Shown here: positions 44,771 through 58,760 of the stretch, piece after piece | Layout of the letters: every line of letters begins with the position of its first letter | Position numbering within the stretch: the first letter of the stretch is position 1 | DNA from: Paramecium tetraurelia | Lineage: Eukaryota | DNA: 64,000 bases | Reading direction: 5' to 3' | NCBI GenBank assembly: GCA_000165425.1 | Contig: CT868660.1 | Coordinates: 558,001-622,000 of the forward strand | Made by a program: the position numbers and the translations under genes | The notes under the pieces: model-generated | Told to the model about the DNA's origin: nothing | Database searches by the model: none | Seen by the model: the letters and a program-made list of their open reading frames with translations, nothing else

Positions 44771-46306
44771 TCACATTCTTCTACAATTAATTATACCTTG
44801 TTTGCATCTGTAAACACATCACTTATAATATCATCCTTTTTATCTTTCAAAGATAACCTGGGAAAATTCTAAATAAGGTCTATGTTTGAATTAGGATCAT
44901 TGAAACAATCATCTTCCTAACTTAATGCGAATTCAAATATTGACTAAGAGTTAGATTCAAAGTGATACCTATATTTTATCATTAAAATTAAATCTTCTAG
45001 TTCTGGTTGCATGCATAAATCTATATAAAATTTCAATCCCTTCCTCACCTTCTGGTTCATCTGGTAGGTTTGACAACATAGTAGCTTTTTATAACAGTCT
45101 TATTTCCTAAAATTCATGATATTTCATACACTTAATTATTGTTATTCCAACAATCGATGCTCCTCTAATTATTTCAATTCTTATTCTTTTCTTTTTTTCT
45201 CTGCTGCCTATTACTCTGCAATTCTGTAGGCTTCTTATTACTATCTTATCAATTATTCTCTTTCTCTTTACTATATTTCTTACTACCTCCTTTCAAAATT
45301 TTACTATTATTGTTGTTATTACTATTGTTAACCATAATAATTTGGAACATATTATGGTGCATTAAATTCTCTCTTTACTTGATCTTCAACAATAAATTAT
45401 TTATTAAATTGTCCCTTTAGAATTTTCAATTTGATGGCTAATTCTTCAAAGTTGGTCTCAGGAGAGAGCTGTACAGTGTCCATTAAGATAGCTTATTCAG
45501 TTAAATCTAACCTATAAATTAGGAGAGTAGGAGGTTGAGGTTTCACTGGTAATAATTCATAAACCTGAGGGCTTTCTAAGAATCCAACGATGTGGTAATT
45601 TCTTTGAATAATTGTAACAAAATTTTTGCAGTTTATCATTTTCTCGAATGTAAATAATGCTTATTGATTGTGTAAATATATCAATAAAGGTTTAGTCTCT
45701 TCATGGGCTCTCTTTAGATTATCATTAAAGTTGCCCATTTAAAAATTAATGGCTGTTTAAATCTATTGTTATTAAATGTATGTCTGGAATATCAATCCAT
45801 AATTTGGTTCTCGTTTGACTAAAATTGTTATAAAATTCTAAATACATATGTAGGTTAAAGCATTCCAACCATATTTAAAAGTCTTCTTAATTATGCCATC
45901 ATCATTGGCTCTTTTATCCTCTTGATATTTTTTATATTTTTCAGCCAGAGATGAATCTGGAGCTGATCTCTAACGTATTAATTCAGGTGGAGGATTGTTT
46001 TCATTAAAAATCATAGTATTCACTATTTCTAAGAATATATCATACCTTCTTTAACATCATTCTAATTTAGAAATTATTGTTGATTTTATACATACGGTGA
46101 CTTTGTAGATTAAACACTTGATTGTTAGCTCAAAACTGGTTAACCTTCCAAGTCAAGATAAAGCTGAATAGCATTCTAAAAATAATCTTAAATTCTACTT
46201 CTAATTTATTGTCTCCCATTTAAAGATATTACATAGCTTTCTATTCATCTTAACATCCGGTCAGAGTCATAAAGTCCAGAATGTCTTTCTCTTATGCTGG
46301 TTGCAT
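44771..46306 (-). CDS. UBA-UAS-coiled coil-UBX protein (FAF1/FAF2-like p97/Cdc48 adaptor)
   Basis: N-terminal DFMTLTGCQDEQKAMQYLQ..AIQLY (UBA-like); KPLLIYLH (UAS); LPDEPEG..RTRRF..QNFPR..QLIVEE (UBX). Confidence 0.82.
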
Positions 46307-46672
46307 TTATTATATTAATTTATATTAATTTTCTTAAATCACATCAGCATTTATTGGATGATAAAAATGTAAAAAAAATTAATAATTATTCTTTCAATTT
46401 ATAATTGAATAGAATTCCTAATCAATTTTTTCTTGAATTATCCAAAAATATTAAACATTTTCTTCTTATCAAAACCTACTAATACCAATACATACAAAAT
46501 CACATATTTATCAAATCATAAGTTAAACCTAATACTAGGTACTTTAAACGAAATATTCTTTTTAATCAAAAAGTATAAGTTATATATCCAACACCTATTT
46601 TTAAACAGATATGGATGATGTTTTTAAAAAGAAAAAATAGTTTTAATGATAAAAATGTAACAAAAATAAAAC

Positions 46673-47416
46673 TCAAAAAAATTTTAATGATGCTTCTAAT
46701 TCAGAAAGATACTTTGTATATTAATTTTGTTTAATTTCAATTTTTTTCAATTGATCATTAATTTTTTTATTTAATTCCAGCTTAGTCAATTCTCTGTTAA
46801 TTTGATTAATTACAAATTGCTCTATTTAAGATAGAACTGACTTTTGAATATTTGTTAAGGAAATTGATAAGATTCCCTTTTCTGCTAGTCGATTTAGAAA
46901 TGCCATAAAGGTAAAAGCAAATTATTTATTATCAGTAAGAAACTGGTGAATTTGTGTTGATGTCAGTTGATTGTTTGCATAATAGTCTGTTAAGGTTTTG
47001 GATTTATTTACTATAAGATTCATGGCAGTGGTTTATTCTATTTATTCAGTAAGTTATATTGGTTGCTGTTATACCTTTTAAGTGGCATATCTATTGAATC
47101 GTTTCCTTTGTCCAAATTGCTTGGGAGGCAACTCTTCGCTCAGTTATTTTTATAAGGACTTGGCTGATTCCTATAAATTGGAGTTGCTTAATTTGGGTAA
47201 TATTTGATTAATGGATCCTTTATGATTAAGTCTAAATTTGGTATATTAGGTTTTGCTAGTTTCATCATCAGGCGTTCGCTTTTCGCTTTGTGTGGATTCA
47301 TTCTATTCAAATTCATCTGCATCCATAGAAGTTTTGAATTCTTGTTATTTCTTGAGTTCTTTGATTGTTTTAACAGTAGTTGATTATATTATATTTTATT
47401 CCATTTATTATTTCAT
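46673..47416 (-). CDS. Hypothetical protein
   Basis: MKQQMEQNIIQSTTVKTIKELKK.. open code-6 frame to TGA at 46673. Confidence 0.65.
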
Positions 47417-47480
47417 AAATTATATTATTATATATGTAATAACATACAGGATTATAATATAGAGTAGAGATCATCTTCAT

Positions 47481-47898
47481 TCATTCGTTGCTTTTAAATT
47501 GATCTGAAATCTACCCGATTTTGTCCAAATGTTGTGTAATCCCATGCTTAATTTTCATATGTTACATTAATGATCCTTCAGAACCATAAGATTTATTGCA
47601 ATTTTTTATTTAACAAACATGGCTTCTTGGAATCTCAATTGCTGATCTCCTATTTCTTTTTCTTTTGTCCTCCATTGACAATTCGCTTTCTTGATCCTCC
47701 AGAGCCTGAAATTTCAATAATTTTTGCTTAATCTCATTTCGCTCTTGAGTGACTTATTCAACCTAAGATTATATTAAGAGACAATATATGTACATGTTAA
47801 TGAAGAACTATATTATAATAGTACAATCTAATTGATTCCTTGTAGTAGTCAATGGGATGTTATTGATCACACTCATTGATTCCTTCATTATTTGACAT
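47481..47898 (-). CDS. Small coiled-coil plus single C2H2 zinc-finger protein
   Basis: IDYYKESIRLYYYN..KRKRNRRSAIEIPRSHVCQIKNCNKSYGSEGSLMQHMKIKH; 31-nt intron. Confidence 0.82.
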
Positions 47899-47958
47899 TA
47901 TTGTTTAAATAAATATAATTGCTTTTCTTTAATATACAATAATTGGTTATAAACAATG

Positions 47959-49073
47959 TCATTGTGTTAATCTTGACAAATTTATTAGTCCACATCCGAT
48001 ACAAGAAAATACTGATTCCTCTACATTGAAAGTGACACCTAAAATGGATCTAATAATCCTAAGAGTTTCAATAGTATGCGTTGAAATCCTTCCCAATTTT
48101 ATTTGACTCACTTTCCTCTGACTAACAGCCATCAACAACAAGGCATATTATTGTTAAGTGGTATCACAACATCCACTATTTTTAATTTCATCTAACAATC
48201 TCAACGCAGCAGTTTCCCCTACTTTCTCGGGATCATTGAGTTCATTCGAATATTCACAATCACACGATATAAATAATCCATTAGTGCTCTCCCCAACTAA
48301 TGAAACTGCATATCCACTTTGAAACTCCACCCCTTTTTAAGATTTCTGTAAATCAGTGTGCACCCACACATCAGGAATATAATCATTGAACACATTTCTA
48401 CATTGACTCACAACTCTATTCAAAAGATTAGGAGCCACCTTACTACCTGAACAGACTCCTCGAATTTTGCAAATGGGTCCCCTCTCAATCAAGGTAGTTG
48501 CCTAAATCTATCTTATAGGCTTAGAATGCAAGCTATTAATTTCATCATGAATGATACATTACAGTTCCAGTTCCTGCCTAAAATCCCCTTCTAGTAACCT
48601 TCAAGGAGACTTCCCATTCTGGAGCAAACTTCTTTATCAGAGGAATGTATGCATTTATTATGGAATCCACTGATTAATCAGTCTAATCATTTGTGATGCC
48701 GTTCAATTCTATATTTAAAGGGGCTTTGCCAAATAAACTCAGAATCAATAGGATTTCCAAATAATAGGATATTGACCTGTCAACACCACAATTGTAAGTT
48801 TGCAACATGCCGTCTTGATTTGTTATGATTCCTATTATCATTAATTTGATTGCTCACCTGGGATATAGATAATGCCCTTCGTGTTGACATCTATCTTGCA
48901 TCCAGTCTAAATTAATTGCAATAATTTTAACATTGTCTGCAAATGAGGACCTGGCTTATCTATTGGAATATTGATTTTACATATTGTGAGAACTCTATTT
49001 TAACTGGCCTCTCACTCAAAGTTGAACAGAGTAGAATTTCTCTAAAATTTATCACTTATTAAAAACTAATCAT
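47959..49073 (-). CDS. RCL1: RNA 3'-terminal phosphate cyclase-like protein Rcl1 (18S rRNA processing)
   Basis: FREILLCSTLSERPVKI, ELNGITND..SVD, RRGF, IPDVWVHTD, GYAVSLVGES, PEKVGETAALRLLDEI..GCCD, SCIGCG. Confidence 0.88.
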
Positions 49074-49251
49074 ATATAAATTAATGACATTATATATTAT
49101 ATTAGAAATTGGTGCTTTGGTCAAACCATTAAAATTAAATTAGTCGTCTATTTATTAATTAAAGGAACGAGGAATTGGAAGTGGGTTTTGTTGAAAATGG
49201 TCACTTTTTATCAAAATTTTAATAAAGCATAGAATTAAATTTATTATTCTC

Positions 49252-50909
49252 ATGTTCTCCAACAGATCTCATACATATAGGAAGAATGACTCCTTAAAAC
49301 TTTAACCAGTAAGTCCATCTGAATCTCATCCACTAGAATCAGAATACAAATATTTACCTTTGATTACAAGAGTTAGTTAAGAACAATTGGACCCAAAGTG
49401 GTAGGAATGCAAAATAGACGGCAAAAACCTCTTACCGAGATCAAGCTCAGCAATAACCATCTTAAACAATCAGTAAATTAACATAATAACTCAGTTTATA
49501 TTTATATGGTGGATATTAGTATGCAATTGGTATTATGAAAGACTTCTACAAACTCAATCTGAGTGCTCCAACCTACAGCTGGTAGAAGATTAAATGCGAA
49601 TACGAACCAGGACCTCGTTGCAGACATTCCATTTGCAGTTATTAAGAGGACATTTACATATTTGGTGGATAGATAGCTGATTCGATATCAACAAATGAAA
49701 TTTTTATTCATGACGTCAAATAACAATAATGGAAAAAATTAAAAGTTAATAAAACCTATCCATAACCTCTGGATAATCATTGTGCAACATTATATGAGGA
49801 TCAATGGATTATCTTTGGTGGATTTTACAATGGCGATTAATGTAAACACTCTAATGATTTATTCAGCTATAAATTTAGAGAGAATAAATGGCTCAAATTG
49901 AATAAACAAAAAGGAATGGAACCTGCCCCTAGAGATGGAAGTTCTATGACTAGTCATAACAAAAGTGTTTATATATTTGGAGGTAAAAATGGGGATCTCA
50001 GATATAATGACCTTTGGCAATTCAATATGTTAAGTTAAGAATGGATTTTTATTGCCATTAACAAGTTGAAGAATATTCCAATGAGCAGATCAGGACATTC
50101 ACTAATCTCTTATTAGAATAATTTAATCGTTTTCGGAGGTATTCATGATGTGACCTGGGAACTTGATGATTTGCATTGTTTCAATCTGGATCTCAAAGAA
50201 TGGAGAACCATTAACTCAGATTCTTCCAGAAGACAGGAACAAGAACTGCTTTCCCCTACAAAAACTAATAGAAATCCACCAAAAAAACGAAAACCCAAGA
50301 GATTACCCATCTTGCTTAGACCATTAAGTTTGAGAAAATCACCATGTCCTTCACCTAAAAAACTTCATTCTTTTTCGTAATCATAACATTCCTCTTATTC
50401 TACTAACAATCAAAACAATTATGCAAGTTCTGATCTAAGTCAATGTTAAAGCAACTTGAATAATTAAAATAATGTAACAGTCCAAACTTCTTTAAACAAT
50501 GTTTAGGAAAGAAAAAGATGGGAAGAATTTAAGAAAAAGACTGCCATGTTGAAATTATTTGAAGTTGAAAATAGAGAAATTATGAACTTTTAAGACGATT
50601 GCAATGTTGCTGAGAAATTAAAAACATCTATTATTTTAATTGGCAATCCTAAATAAGACTTGAAATTAAAAAAAGGAATCTTAACGGAATTTGGATAATA
50701 AATCATATCCAAGTATTGATTATTTGTAATAATATTCTAGATTTCTTTAACCCTTAACAGGGGGATAGAATACCATTAATGGCAAGAAACCTTGTGCAAG
50801 GGATGGCCATGCTGTGGCTGTATTTAATGATTTTATGATTCTATTCGGAGGAGACAGACATACGATGTCTTTTAACGATTTGTATTTATTGAACTTGAAT
50901 CAATTTTGA
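49252..50909 (+). CDS. Kelch-repeat protein
   Basis: Repeated PxPR..H/S..YIFGG..ND motifs (PGPRCRHS, PAPRDGSS..YIFGGKNGDLRYNDLW, RSGHS..VFGG, PCARDGHA..LFGGDRH). Confidence 0.88.
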
Positions 50910-50966
50910 AAAGTTTTCATTGATTTTAATTTCATATATTTTTATTTACAATTATAACATAATAAT

Positions 50967-51977
50967 ATGAATTCTAGGGAAGAAGATCCATTAAATTAAG
51001 TAGATTTAGATTAAGCATATGATGTGCCAAATCAATAGGGAAATTTGAAATAAAAAATAAATGATATTCAAGATATTACGGCTGAAAAATATGATGATAT
51101 TAATCAAATTGTCAATTATGAAATGAGAGTCATGTAAGAGAAGCTAGGATTCAGAGGAGAAAGAACTCAAATTTATTAATAAACAGCTTTGTTCGTGGCT
51201 GTAATTTAGTTAATAATAGCCACATTTTTATCTATGTTAATTTCATAAACGACGTTTTTAGGTCATGCGTGGACATTCATTCCATGGATCTAATATGTAT
51301 TCATCCTAACATATCTATTCACTATTGTTGGGATTCAATGTGTTTAAGAAAAAGTCTAAGAGGTAATAAATTGAAATTCAAATGATAGACAAGATATAAT
51401 TTTGGAATGAGTTGCATTCATGCCGTCTCTAAAATTGTCTTAATTGTTTTTATATCCATATGGTTTTTTGACATCCGAGTGGAAATATTTTTGGTGGCAT
51501 TAGTTGCAATATAAGGATACATAACCCTTAAGATATACATTCCTACTCAAAAACAATAGGAGTTTGATTTAAAAGTGAAGGATTTGTGGAAAAAGATGAC
51601 TGTATTTTAGCTTTGTGTATCTATTTTCTTAGTATCAATTTCTATTATTCAAGATGTACTTCACAAGATCAACTTATATTTTTGGATTTGTTGTGTTTGT
51701 ATCAACTCTCTTAATAGGAATATACACTATATTGTGTTTGCAAAGATTTAAAGAATACTCATTTTTTTCATTTAATTCCAATGATTTATATTTGGGGGCC
51801 TTATAATTGGAAGCAGATATGATTTTACCATGCGCATTGATTGTATTCCAACAAAGAAATAGAACTTAAACTCCTTCTCCATACCCGTCAGTTAGGAGTG
51901 AAAAGGAGAAGGACAATAAGAGACAAGACTCAGAATAAAAAATAGCGGTGCAATCTATAAAGAGTGTTACTGATTGA
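50967..51977 (+). CDS. Multi-pass membrane protein, divergent Bax-inhibitor-1/TMBIM-like
   Basis: About 7 hydrophobic segments; C-terminal NDLYLGALQLEADMI resembles the TMBIM motif. Confidence 0.55.
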
Positions 51978-52039
51978 TACAAAATGTTGCTCTTTCATTT
52001 TATGCAGAATAAAAATAGTATTAAAATATGTAATAATAA

Positions 52040-52913
52040 TCAATTAATGGATGTATCATCTGATTAATTTTGTTCTGTTTTACAGATTTCAGATTTTGAA
52101 TCCTCATTATTCTCAGAGTAAGCCACTTCTAGATCTCCATTTTGTTGCACCACTATAGATTTATCGTGAGTATTATATAGAATTTCTTTAATCCCTTTAC
52201 AAAGTTAATCTGCTGTCAAAGCTTATTGCAGATGCTAATCCATTAATCCATCCAAATCTTTCAATTTTACGTAATAAAAATCCCTTTCGCATTTCAACGT
52301 TTCAATTTACAATAATAAATCTGTCATAGAAGCCTATCTGTTTTCTTTATTAGAAAAGTCATTATTTAAAAGTTAAATTGTTGCAAAGGAGGAATTCTTA
52401 GATAAGTTTTGAATTATTTATTGCTACATAATTAAATTTAACATACATCTTTAGTATTGTTTTTTGTTAGAACTTTAGGTTTTGATTAATTTCTAATTTG
52501 TTTGTCAGGATCTTCAAAATCTTGATTTCCTCTTTTTGTCATTGGATCATAATCTTTTGGAATATAATGAGTGTCGATATATTTTTTCATCCATTAGAGG
52601 AATTCAAGATTGTCTTGATACTTGCATTTTGTCAATTTTTCAATTTCAATGGGTTTTTATAATCCCAATTTCGTGAATGATTATTAGAGGATCTTAAAAT
52701 TGTTAACAAACTCATATTCTTACTTTGCTCTCCAATTTACTTTACTTAATTGGACTAACTATTAAAAAATCAAATACTTTTTCCTGGATGAACTGCATCA
52801 ATAAGTTAACAATATATGGCCCCAGTTCCTAATTATTCAATTTTGTTAATAGTGGTTTTTAGTAAATCGTTAACCCATTGCAATAATTCAGCTCTCGATA
52901 TTTCTTAATTCAT
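52040..52913 (-). CDS. EB1: Microtubule end-binding protein EB1 (RP/EB family)
   Basis: SRAELLQWVNDLL..IEQLGTGAIYCQL, EYEFVNNFKILQ, KYQDNLEFLQWMK..YDP..R, CERDFYYVKLKDL. Confidence 0.93.
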
Positions 52914-52963
52914 GGCAATTTAAATTCAAATTAATAATATTTAGGTTAAAAAATATATATACT

Positions 52964-53833
52964 TCATTAATCTCTCATATTTTCAAGTTGCATTTCTAAT
53001 TTCTTATATTTGCTATCATTGATAGAGTTCAATAACTTCATCTCATAACCATTACTTCTATCGACTCCATCCCATCTAAATCCAGGCAGTATATTGAATC
53101 TATTGATTGGAGGAGGGAATTTGCATTTGAGTAAGAAATCAGATTGCTTTAATGTGATTTACTTATCATCTTCATCTTAAATCATCTTCCTCATGGGATC
53201 ATCAAACTTCTGTTGACCCATCAATTGCATATCAATTTACTTAATCTATTCTTCATTCTTGGTTGCTAAAGCTTATTGAGCATCTTCTTACTTCTTCTAT
53301 TTCTCTTAAATCTAAACAAGTCCCTTAGACCACATTTCAATTTGCTATTTGTTTGCTTAAAGAATGGTCTATTTATCTTCTTTGGCTTTCAATTTTGGAT
53401 TTAATTATTTCTCCTATTCAACTCTTTGACTTTAAGTAATTCTCTGACCAGTCTTGACATCTCTATGAATAACTTCTTGAGGTTTAGGTGCTCTCTCGAC
53501 AGACATATCAGAGTCAGACTTACTAGAGGAATCATCAGAGTCTGAGTCTGAGTCTGAATCAGATGAACTAGATCCTTGACTGTTGCTTCTACTTCTCTCT
53601 TTGTTCATCATCTACTTGAGAAACAGCTATTTCTTTTATTTGTCAATGAGTATAGATTCTACAGTCTCTACAAATATTGGCTATTATTCCATTTCATCAT
53701 AGTTTTCTTTGCTTATTACTCTGCCCATCAACACATCAATATTATCTTAATCTTTAATATTATTTTGATAAGTAACTTTTGTTTTCGATTGTCCATTATC
53801 CATGTACTTCTTTAAATATGAGAGTTTATCCAT
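52964..53833 (-). CDS. BUD13: Pre-mRNA retention and splicing (RES) complex subunit Bud13
   Basis: [45 protein letters not shown]. Confidence 0.92.
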
Positions 53834-53873
53834 AATTGATTAATATATTATTTTATTATTTATACACTCACTT

Positions 53874-54911
53874 TCATTTTTACAGATAGGGTTTCAATTT
53901 CTCATCGGAGAATTCCCATAACTTCTCTGCTAATTGCTTATTAGCAATATTAGGTTGTTTCAATTTGCAATCGGAATAGTATCCCCCATCAACTAATTTA
54001 TCATAATCTTCTAAAGCACATTGTAAAGTAGTCTAAGCTCCCTATAAGCTACTTTTAAACAACAGAAGTTTAAATGGTGTAATTAATATCAAGAAGGCAT
54101 TTAATAAAGGATTTTTAACAATCTCCCTTAGCAATTCAGTTCTAACAGCTCCTGGATGTAAGGAACTAAATTAAAATTAAACCATACCAAGCCTTTATTC
54201 CATGTCTCTTAGATATTTCCATAGCATGAAGTATGTTACACAATTTACTATTTCCGTAGGCTAATAGACTATATTTAATTGACCAGAGTTTAGAATTGGC
54301 ATATTGAGCGTAATTGATATCTTGGAAATCCAAATTAGACTGTTTATGAGCCAAAGATGAGACATTCACTACTCTGCTCTATTCTGCAGCTTTCAAATAG
54401 GGGATCTAAGAGGAATCAGTAATATATTAGTACCAATAACTCAGTCAATAGAAAATGTCCTAAGTGGTTAGTACCAAATTAAAGTTCATATGACTATTTA
54501 GTAGTTTTATAAGTCTGAGGCGCCATAACACCTGCGTTATTGATGAGAATATCTATTTATGGGATCTTCAGTTTCTTGAAGTCTTCAACACATTATTTTA
54601 TGGAATTGAAACACGATAAGTCCAATTATATCAAGTAGGCTTTAGTTATTTTATTCTATCCTTTAACTTAATTAAAATACTAATTGATCCAAGACTTATT
54701 ATCCTTTTATTGTGTCTCTACAAGCAATTATAATGGTGGCATTCATATTCCCTAGTTAAAGTGCAGCTTCCTTTCCAATGCCAGTATTAGCCCCAGTTAT
54801 GAAGACAACCTTTCCTGTGAGGTCCTTTTTTATTTTGCATACTCCTCCAGTCATGTAGACATGAAGCAACCATAATAGGATAGCTATTCCTATAAGATAA
54901 AAAATGAGCAT
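53874..54911 (-). CDS. Short-chain dehydrogenase/reductase (retinol dehydrogenase/WWOX-like)
   Basis: N-terminal [55 protein letters not shown] (YxxxK), [10 protein letters not shown]. Confidence 0.92.
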
Positions 54912-55015
54912 CTAAATTTAATTTATAAATTTTTTCTGAATTCCTAAAGGCTTTATTGTCAAGATCTGACAAATACTAAAAATTAGATAATAACGAAATT
55001 TTTTTATATTAAATT

Positions 55016-57345
55016 ATGTTTCAATAACGATTTGATTATCTCAGATTGCCAGGCTTTATAGCAGACAATATTACATTAGATCGTAAAACAAGATTATTAT
55101 TGACTTATAGCTGGGAGTATAAAGATTGGAGTTGGTTAAAATGCAATCAGGAAGATTTTCAAGGTGGAAGATTACGATTAATTCGAACGAATGCAAATAA
55201 GTTCATTAGCCTAAGCATTACAAAAGAATTAGAAATATGATGCGAATATCCATACAGATGATCTTCTACTTAGATATCTCTATGCCAATAAATTCAATAT
55301 TGAAGCCTCAGTGGATGTAATCATGATTGATCATTCTAGCAATTAGTTAAAACAAGTGAGATAGTATTTTAGCCTGGTTTTATGTAACTTGATAGAGAAG
55401 TGGAATAACTCTACGTAAATAAATAATGTGAATGAATAGTTTAAAGGCGCACTTTATATAGAGGGTAGAACCAGATAGCATATTCCTTGTATCGTAGTTT
55501 CTACAAAGTTGGTGGATGATTTGGCATTATTCGAGAGAGCAGCAATTATTTTGTGTGCCATAATCGAGGATTACATGTTTTATAGTGGCAAAGTAGAGTC
55601 CTGGATAGCTGTTATTCAAACTAAAGATCAAAGTGCTTACAAAATGCCTTTGGATAAAATATTTGCCATCATCAAGATATTGCAGACTTGTTTCCCAAAT
55701 ACTTGCGATGCCATATATATTCTGAATGCTACTCTATCCATCAATCTACTCTGGTCTTAAATTGAAGGTAATGTATTTAATATAAAGTAGAATACATAAG
55801 TCCTATCACTCTTGGCAAGATTAAATTCTTGAAGGACAAAGAGTTACCTATATTATCCAATTAATTCCATCCTGAACAACTGGAACAATCTTTGGGAGGC
55901 GAGAAGATTCTATAATCATTTTGGCCACCAGATCCCAATGATTACATGTATGATCAACCACCTCAGCAATAATAACCATTTTATGAGTATGAAGAACAAC
56001 CTTAGGTCTACTTCTCTGACAACAATAATCTCTAATACATGAACGAAGCACCTATATTACATGAAGAAATTCCACCTCCCATTCCTGTTTAGAAATAGCC
56101 GGAATCTTTTCAAGAAGAGGTTGTTTAGAATGTCCCTGAAAAGAAGAAAAAATGCATTTGTGTCAAATGTTCCAGAGACTTAGAAAATTTGAATTCTCAA
56201 CCTCGTTAACGATAGCCTTCTGAACCATAACCTGTAAATAAACCAATCATACCATAATAAGAGCCATAAAAGTAAGTACCTCAGTAATTGAATGACACTT
56301 ATGTCCCTTATGAGAGAAGATATGATAGTTTCATTAATGATACTAGTTTATTAATTCCAAAGACTATGAATGATACCATCTAATAAGATAATAAAGAAGA
56401 ACAATAATTTGGAGGTAACTCATTTAATAATTCTCAATTTTAATAACTTGGTCAACAACCTGAAAATAATTAAAAGCCTAATAAACCCTCATTCACAAAT
56501 CCCTTTTATAATGCTGATTCAATGTAAGGGTCTTAAAAGATAGAACCAAAATAACCTCCAGTTATTTCAAATAAAGTTAGTTAAGAAATTCAAGCCAATA
56601 TGGATGATACAATAATAGATGATAAACCAGATTATCAACCTAAATATGTTAGCAAACATAGTCGACCATAATAATCTAGTAATTTTAATCATCCTTCTCA
56701 ATCAAGTCGGCTAACAAATAACAACCCAAATCTTTACAATTTCCAAAACATTCCTAGTTATAATCCAATCAATTATGCTTAGTATTCATAACAACCTGCC
56801 TAATCTTCACAGTATATCCCAACTCTCCAAACCTAACCTTAGAGTTAATAATATATTAACTTAGAACCTTAATTCTAAAAGATCGAAGTTATCTAATAAC
56901 AACCAGTCTAAGTGCAAGAATTTGATAATACTAATTACAATCCGAATTAATCCTATTATGCTCCCTAACTTTCTAATGATCCAAAAAAGAAATATGATTT
57001 CAGTTAATGGGATAAATATAATGATGCTAATGACACTGTGCCCATGCAACCATATGTTCCAATATCGAACACTTATACAAGTCCTTATGTACAATAGAGT
57101 CCCTCCCCAAATTACAATCTGAACGAGGATTATAATAAGATGTACGATACTGGAAATGATTACAAGCCAGGAGAGTTTAGACCATCAACCTACAACTTTA
57201 CTCCTTATGATTATAGATATAGTGATTAATAGTAGTTTTAGCCGAATGCCACTAAAGAAGATGGGTAAGAATGTTATAATTATAATTTAGAACTTAATAA
57301 TTATATCAATAAAAACCAGGATAGTAAGCATGTTAAATATTTTGA
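55016..57345 (+). CDS. CRAL-TRIO/Sec14-like lipid-binding protein with long Q/P/N/Y-rich tail and C-terminal CaaX
   Basis: DDLLLRYLYANKFNIE, LYIEGR, GKVESW, LQTCFP..IYILNA, LEQSLGG; last exon after intron 57265-57290 ends ..QACQIF-TGA. Confidence 0.8.
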
Positions 57346-57349
57346 TTTA

Positions 57350-58496
57350 TCAATAAATAGTTTGTATTGACTATTATTATGATGCTGACTCTATTCTAAC
57401 TGTGCCATGTACGTCTTCATCTAAATAGACATCGTCTAGAATCTCATTAAATAAATCTCTGAGAGTTATCATCCCTTAGAGTTCTTAACTAATCGCAAAT
57501 GCAATGTTCGTCTTGTATTTCTGAAACATCAACAATAAATCCAACATCGTTGTGTCCCCTGATATTATCAAAGGTTAATAAACCTTAACTAGTTCCACCA
57601 CAAGTTATCCGTAATTTGATTCATCCAAAGTTATCAGGTCTTTAGATTTGAACAAACCAATCACACAATTATTCTCAATTATAGGTATCATCGAGTATTC
57701 CTTCACTTTTAGTCTCCGTATCAATCTTTTACAAAAAGGCTCATCTTGCTAAATATAACAGACATTATGAAGTGGTTTAATATAATTGATCACATATTTA
57801 TTTCTCAATTCCATCACCGACACTATAATTTTTAATTCTTCTGGTTTTATCACATCCTATTGTTTGCAGATCTCCATCAATTACCTTATGTATTCCAAAT
57901 GATATCGTTTGCATTTTGTACCCAAAACCTTATCTAGAATCAAACTTAAGGGATAACATATCAGATACAGAATTGAAATTAGAAACTAAATATAAGGTGT
58001 AATGAATGATGCTATGCTTAATTAATGCTTTCCTGTCATTATTGCCGATGGAAATATTTCTCCAAATAACACTACCAATATTACAGATATCAACAAAGCT
58101 ATCCAATCACCTGTACTCTTTTTTATAAAAATCGGCAGTGATTCATTTGCCAATGAGTTTGCAACCAATAACGTTGATAATAACAAATGATGCTCTTAAA
58201 TTACAGATAAAATACGAGATGCCTACTATTATCTAAATGATACCCATTTTCTTCTCTTATTCATTCCCATACCTCAGCTTCACCTCTATTGTTATTTGGT
58301 CTATTGACAAAAGACCTTAAGTGGCTCCGCTGCAAAAACCAGAAAACAATATCAAAAATCTAATGTTTACTTTGATTTTATACAAACTTATCATTCCATA
58401 GAAAAGATGATCTTCTAACTCGATTATTTCAGGATCTAAAGCTATACAATTCCCAATCAATCTGAAATATAGAATTATTCGAAATAATCGGAACAT
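57350..58496 (-). CDS. CNNM/DUF21 plus CBS-domain metal (Mg2+) transporter
   Basis: LFSGFCSGATQGLLSID, HHLLLSTLLVAN..NESLPIF, VVLFGEIFP, YPLSLILD.VLG, CBS pair ending GMITLRDL. Confidence 0.9.
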
Positions 58497-58760
58497 TTTA
58501 TAATTATTACTATAATTCCTAAAATTCTAATATTTAATGATATGAGAAAAATTAGAATATTAAATTAATTATCTCAGATAACCTTATCTGAAAATAATCT
58601 AATTTACACCTTTATTCTTGAATTTAAATAGGATCTCTTATGCAAACTTTAATCAATGTGGAATAACAGAAGAAATACAAATTTAGTATATAAACAAATA
58701 TTAAATAATCTCAAGATATTATAAAATTTAAAATCCATTGATTTGACTTACTTAAATAAT

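Noticed and set aside
53536..53565. GAGTCT hexamer repeat
   Set aside because: Encodes the Ser-Asp low-complexity linker in BUD13; not a CRISPR or satellite repeat.
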